Source: Neoechinorhynchus agilis (lineage: Eukaryota; Animalia; Acanthocephala). From it: DNA of 64,000 bases. A program made the position numbers and the translations under genes. This document shows, piece after piece, positions 60,201 through 64,000 of the stretch (its first letter is position 1; every line of letters begins with the position of its first letter). The stretch covers positions 2,266,797 to 2,330,796 of the forward strand of contig CM121342.1 of NCBI GenBank assembly GCA_051530055.1, read 5' to 3'. The notes under the pieces were generated by a model. That model worked only from the letters and a program-made list of their open reading frames with translations, was not told the origin of the DNA and ran no database searches.

Positions 60201-63200
60201 CAAGAATTATCCGGTGGGCACTTCAGTTATCATGCTATGAGTACGAGATTGAATACATCCTGGAAGTCAGAATCACTACGCCTATATCTTGTCCAGGATG
60301 CCCATGCTAAGTGAAGACGATTTGATGAATTCCACAGAAGGCGATGTTGGGAAGTGTTTCGATTGCCAAGCCAACCGACCCGAGGAACGAGAAATGCCGC
60401 TTTTCTCATGGGAACAGCCGAGGAACCCTGGAAAAGAATTCATATGGATTTTGCGGGGCCAATCAATGGGTTCGTGTATCTCATCGTGGTTGCGCGTGCT
60501 CAAAGTGGCCGGAAGTTTGGATGAGACCAACGTTTAGTTCAAAAAGCACTATCCAATGCCTGAGAGAAGCGTTCGCACGTTGGGGGTTACCGGAACGAAT
60601 AGTTTCTGACAACGGGCCACAATTCGCGTCAATCGAATTCGCCGAGTTCTGCAGCAGAAACAAAATTGTTCACTGTCGAACATCGTTTTACCATCCTCGG
60701 ACGAATGGGCTAGCAGAGCGGTTCGTAGCGAAGTTGAATGGCAAAGCGGGTAAAGGGGAGGAGAGCTTGCAAAAGTTTTTGCTATCATACAGAAACTGCA
60801 TTCACTCGTTGACCGGAAAAGCGCCTTCACAGATGCTGCAGGGCAGACGACTCTCAACTCTATTCGATAATCTAAAACCGAATCCAGTCAAAACGGAATG
60901 AAGGAAGCGGGTAGAAGAGAGAAGACTTCACGATGCAAAGGCAAGGCAGTTTGAAGATTTCCAATTAGGTGGTTCAGTGTGGCATCGAGACAGACGAAAT
61001 GAACAGTGGGTTCCCGCAACCACTCTATTGAGGAATGGCCCTTTATCTTATCACGTGGACACAAGTTCGGGAATGAAGAAGGCTCACACGGATCAGCTGA
61101 GACTACGAACGACCGAAGCACAAGACGATTTGTAAGGTCTAGATAACCAGTTGAGCGATTCAACCAAGAAAGACTCAGAACAATATGGATCGCTTAATGT
61201 CTCAATCAAAAACGAACCTAAAACCGATGAGACTGAGAACAACCAGAAGGGCGAAGACGAGCGGGCGAACGAAGAATTTCATAGCAACGAAGCCACTAAT
61301 GAACCCGCGATTCGAGATCCAGAAACAGAGGCGAAGGAAATGTTTCACAAAACGATGTGACGTTGCACGTAATGGGTTAGGTGTTGGACGCTTTGCGTTA
61401 GGTGTTTTTGGAATATTTAAAACATGTCAGACACCAATCCAGATCACTGTCAGCAGCTAACGGTTCATCAATTCCGACATTCGGCAGTAAACTACTGCAA
61501 TTGCATCTGAGTGAAACCCAGACAGTTAAGCACCCTATCCAAGGCGCCGATTTCCAACGATATTCAGGTTTATTAGTTGACGTCAGGAATAAACAACTGT
61601 TCAATGCCGAAAGGTTCGCAACAACACCATAAACTTCCCTTCCTGTATCGATCGAAGCCCTCCGTGTCGATTTCCTCGGATCGAAAAGCAACGAATTCAG
61701 TAAAATTCTCGCAGAATTCTTCGATATAACGAGACCGACATTTTTCGGATGCTTCGACCAAATATGCAGTAGAAGATTTTATTGAGACACAAGGACCACC
61801 ACTTCACACTAGGTCTCGTCGTCTACCACTCAATGATCCCGCTGTTACCAAGTCTGAGTTTAAGAACATGGAGGACCTTGGAATCATTAGACGCTCCAAT
61901 AGCCAGTGGTCACCTTCGTTACATCTCGCACCCAAATCGAGTGGTGGATGGCGACCTTGCGGTGACTACCGGAGGTTGAACGATGTCACGATTCCAGGCA
62001 GATACCAGATATCTAGGATACAAGATATTTTAGCCAAACTCGCTGGAGCAATGATCTTCTCAAAAGTCGACTTCGTCCGAAGGTATCATCAAATTCGAGT
62101 GGTAGAACAGGACGTCCCAAAAACTGTGATTATTACGCCTTTTGGCCTTTTTGAATTTCTTAGGATGCCGTTCGAGTTGAAAAATGATGCTAAAAAATTC
62201 CAACGTTTGATGGATACTGTTTGCCCAGGTATGGATTTTGAGTTCGTTTACTTGGACGGTATAACTAATCGATCCGAACATACCAATCATCTACGAACAT
62301 CGTTCAATCGACTTTCAGAATATGGACACGTTCTCAATCTGGTAGAGCAGGTCGATTTCCTGGGACACCGTGTCAATGGACAGGGTACAATACCATTGTC
62401 AGAAAAAAATGAACGTGATTCGCAGTTTCCCTCCTCCAACATCCACCAAAGCTTTGCAAAAATTTGTTGGTATGGTAAATTATTATCATCACTTTATCCC
62501 TCTGGCAGCCCGACCGATGCGTCCAATGTTTCAAGCACTTTCTGTTAAAACAGATCGACAAACTTTTTTTTGGACAGCTGATATTACTTCAGCACTCGAA
62601 AACACCAACAGTGCTCTAGCAGAGGCAACGATGCTTGCACACCCAGTCAATGGTGCTGCAATATCTATCAGTACCGACGCATCCGAATTTGCTATTGGTG
62701 CTGTTCTACAGTAAAAGGTGTCAAGTCAATGGCAGGCTCTGGCATTCTTTAGCAAACAATTACGTAAACCCGAACAGCGTTACAGAATCTTCGATCGCGA
62801 ACTTCTGGCGATATATTTCGCTGTCCGACATTTTCGATATTTCGTTGAAGGTCGACCATTTACGATATACACCGACCATCATTGACCTTTGATTTATGCG
62901 ATGTCCAAAGTTTCAGATCCGAGGTCAGCTCGCCAACAGCGCCATTTAACTTACATATCTGAATTCACAACGAGTATCGAACACGTTAGCTGAAAAGAAA
63001 ACCAAGTTGCTCACGCATTATCTCGCATACAATCTGATCAAAATATCCAGGCATATCGATCGGCAAATACCTCGTTACAGCTTAAAGAAATTCATTTCAG
63101 TGATACAGGACGAACCATCTTGTGCGATATATTGACTGGTCGTTGTAGACCATTGGTACAATCATCGTGGACGAAACGAGTTTTTGATTCTGTGCACCAA

Positions 63201-63240
63201 CTGTCTCACCCCAGAATCAACGCGACTAGTAAAATGGATT
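57201..63240 (+). mobile_element. Degenerate Ty3/Gypsy element (same group as 1-1450), split by a nested insertion and truncated in integrase
   Basis: PBS TGGTGACTCCGACG (57284-57297, tRNA-Trp-like); gag KLPQVW..IWFVQADAQF; protease LIDTGTEV; RT WSPSLHLAPKSSGGWRPCGDYRRLN..YLDG; RNase H TDASEFAIGAVL..FTIYTDH; integrase start HQLSHP. Confidence 0.85.
58137..61429 (+). mobile_element. Mag-like Ty3/Gypsy element nested in the protease of the host Gypsy; 5' LTR/gag largely deleted
   Basis: TGAC..GTCA termini, GACAC TSD (58132-58136, 61430-61434); CCHC knuckle CYKCNRVGHLSRCC, protease FDTGAAES, RT WATPIVVVRKPNGKVRVCGDF..YLDD, RNase H, integrase VSDNGPQF..NGLAERF; short putative 3' LTR 61358-61429. 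Confidence 0.85.
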
Positions 63241-63244
63241 AATG

Positions 63245-64000
63245 AAAGTAAACTGTGCATAAACAAAATGTGGACCTGATTTGTTTAACAAAAATATTCG
63301 AATGAGACATTTTGATCTCGAAGAGAATTTACCCAAAAATTCTTGTGACACAAAGACAGTTGATAATATTATCTAATATTCTTTTTACGGGCATTTGCTC
63401 AAACCCAGATAATGTTAGTTTCAAAGGGATTTAATCTCTTGGCATAACTGCGAAAAAACGTAAATAAAACGAAAGCAAAAAGTTTTCAGGATCAAAGCTA
63501 TCCTTGCGCCCGAGCGAATTTTACGGTGCAAAAATAGAATGTATAATAATCTCGCGAATATGATTTTCGCTTTTGAGATTTCACATTTTGCAAATTTTCA
63601 CCGTCTCCTTCACGAGTGTCTCCAAATCGTTCAGTACTACGGAGGGGTTACTTCCGACCGTGGCATCGTGCAGATATCAGCCATTAAAAATGGACTGGAG
63701 AGAGCGCGCGAAGGAATTGACTGCGAGATAGGAGGCTGCTGGGCCCAAAGGATTCCCTTCCTACACCACTCTTTCTGACCATAAAACGTGATTATTGAAC
63801 AACAAGGGAGTTGCAGTCCCTTGAAGCATTAACGAAATAGCGAAATACTTCTGGTGCGTGTTCTCCAACTACTTCAAGCAAATCTGCTCAGTGAACTGTG
63901 TTGAATGCATTTTTGAAATCACATTTCAAGATCACGCACGGCTTTTTCCGATGATGAACGTGCGAAGTTAATGAACAATCGCCTCTGCGCCGGCGGAGCA
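63245..64000 (-). repeat. Another amplicon piece: upstream unit joined to CRE RT at the same junction as at ~49920
   Basis: GAGATTTCACATTTTGCAAATTTTCACCGTCTCC at ~63577-63610 is the reverse complement of 49899-49932; ORF 63539-63778 matches 49729-49968. Confidence 0.85.

Overview
Eukaryotic (metazoan invertebrate) AT-rich genomic DNA from a compact genome with tiny introns (about 42-57 bp) and several intronless genes. Host genes: MATH-BTB/SPOP-like, NXF1/TAP (interrupted by a MITE-like insert), an RRP46-like exosome subunit, two tandem HDHD5/CECR5 paralogs 46 bp apart, SLU7, CHPF-like, a Src42A/FRK-like kinase, two orphan ORFs, and an orphan 182-aa secreted protein amplified in three near-identical copies inside an ~8-kb palindromic amplicon built with CRE retrotransposon fragments. 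The rest is mostly decayed retroelements: Ty3/Gypsy (including a Mag-like element nested in another Gypsy with a 5-bp TSD), Penelope-like, CR1/L2, CRE and a tRNA-derived SINE. The layer the ORF track does not show is self-cleaving RNA: several minimal type-I hammerhead ribozymes (one with a U3-A8 covariant core, present twice in a 956-bp tandem repeat), foldback elements with hammerhead-like arms, and a 112-bp TSD-flanked insertion made almost entirely of a twister ribozyme. All RNA folds and family assignments were made by eye and need computational or experimental confirmation.
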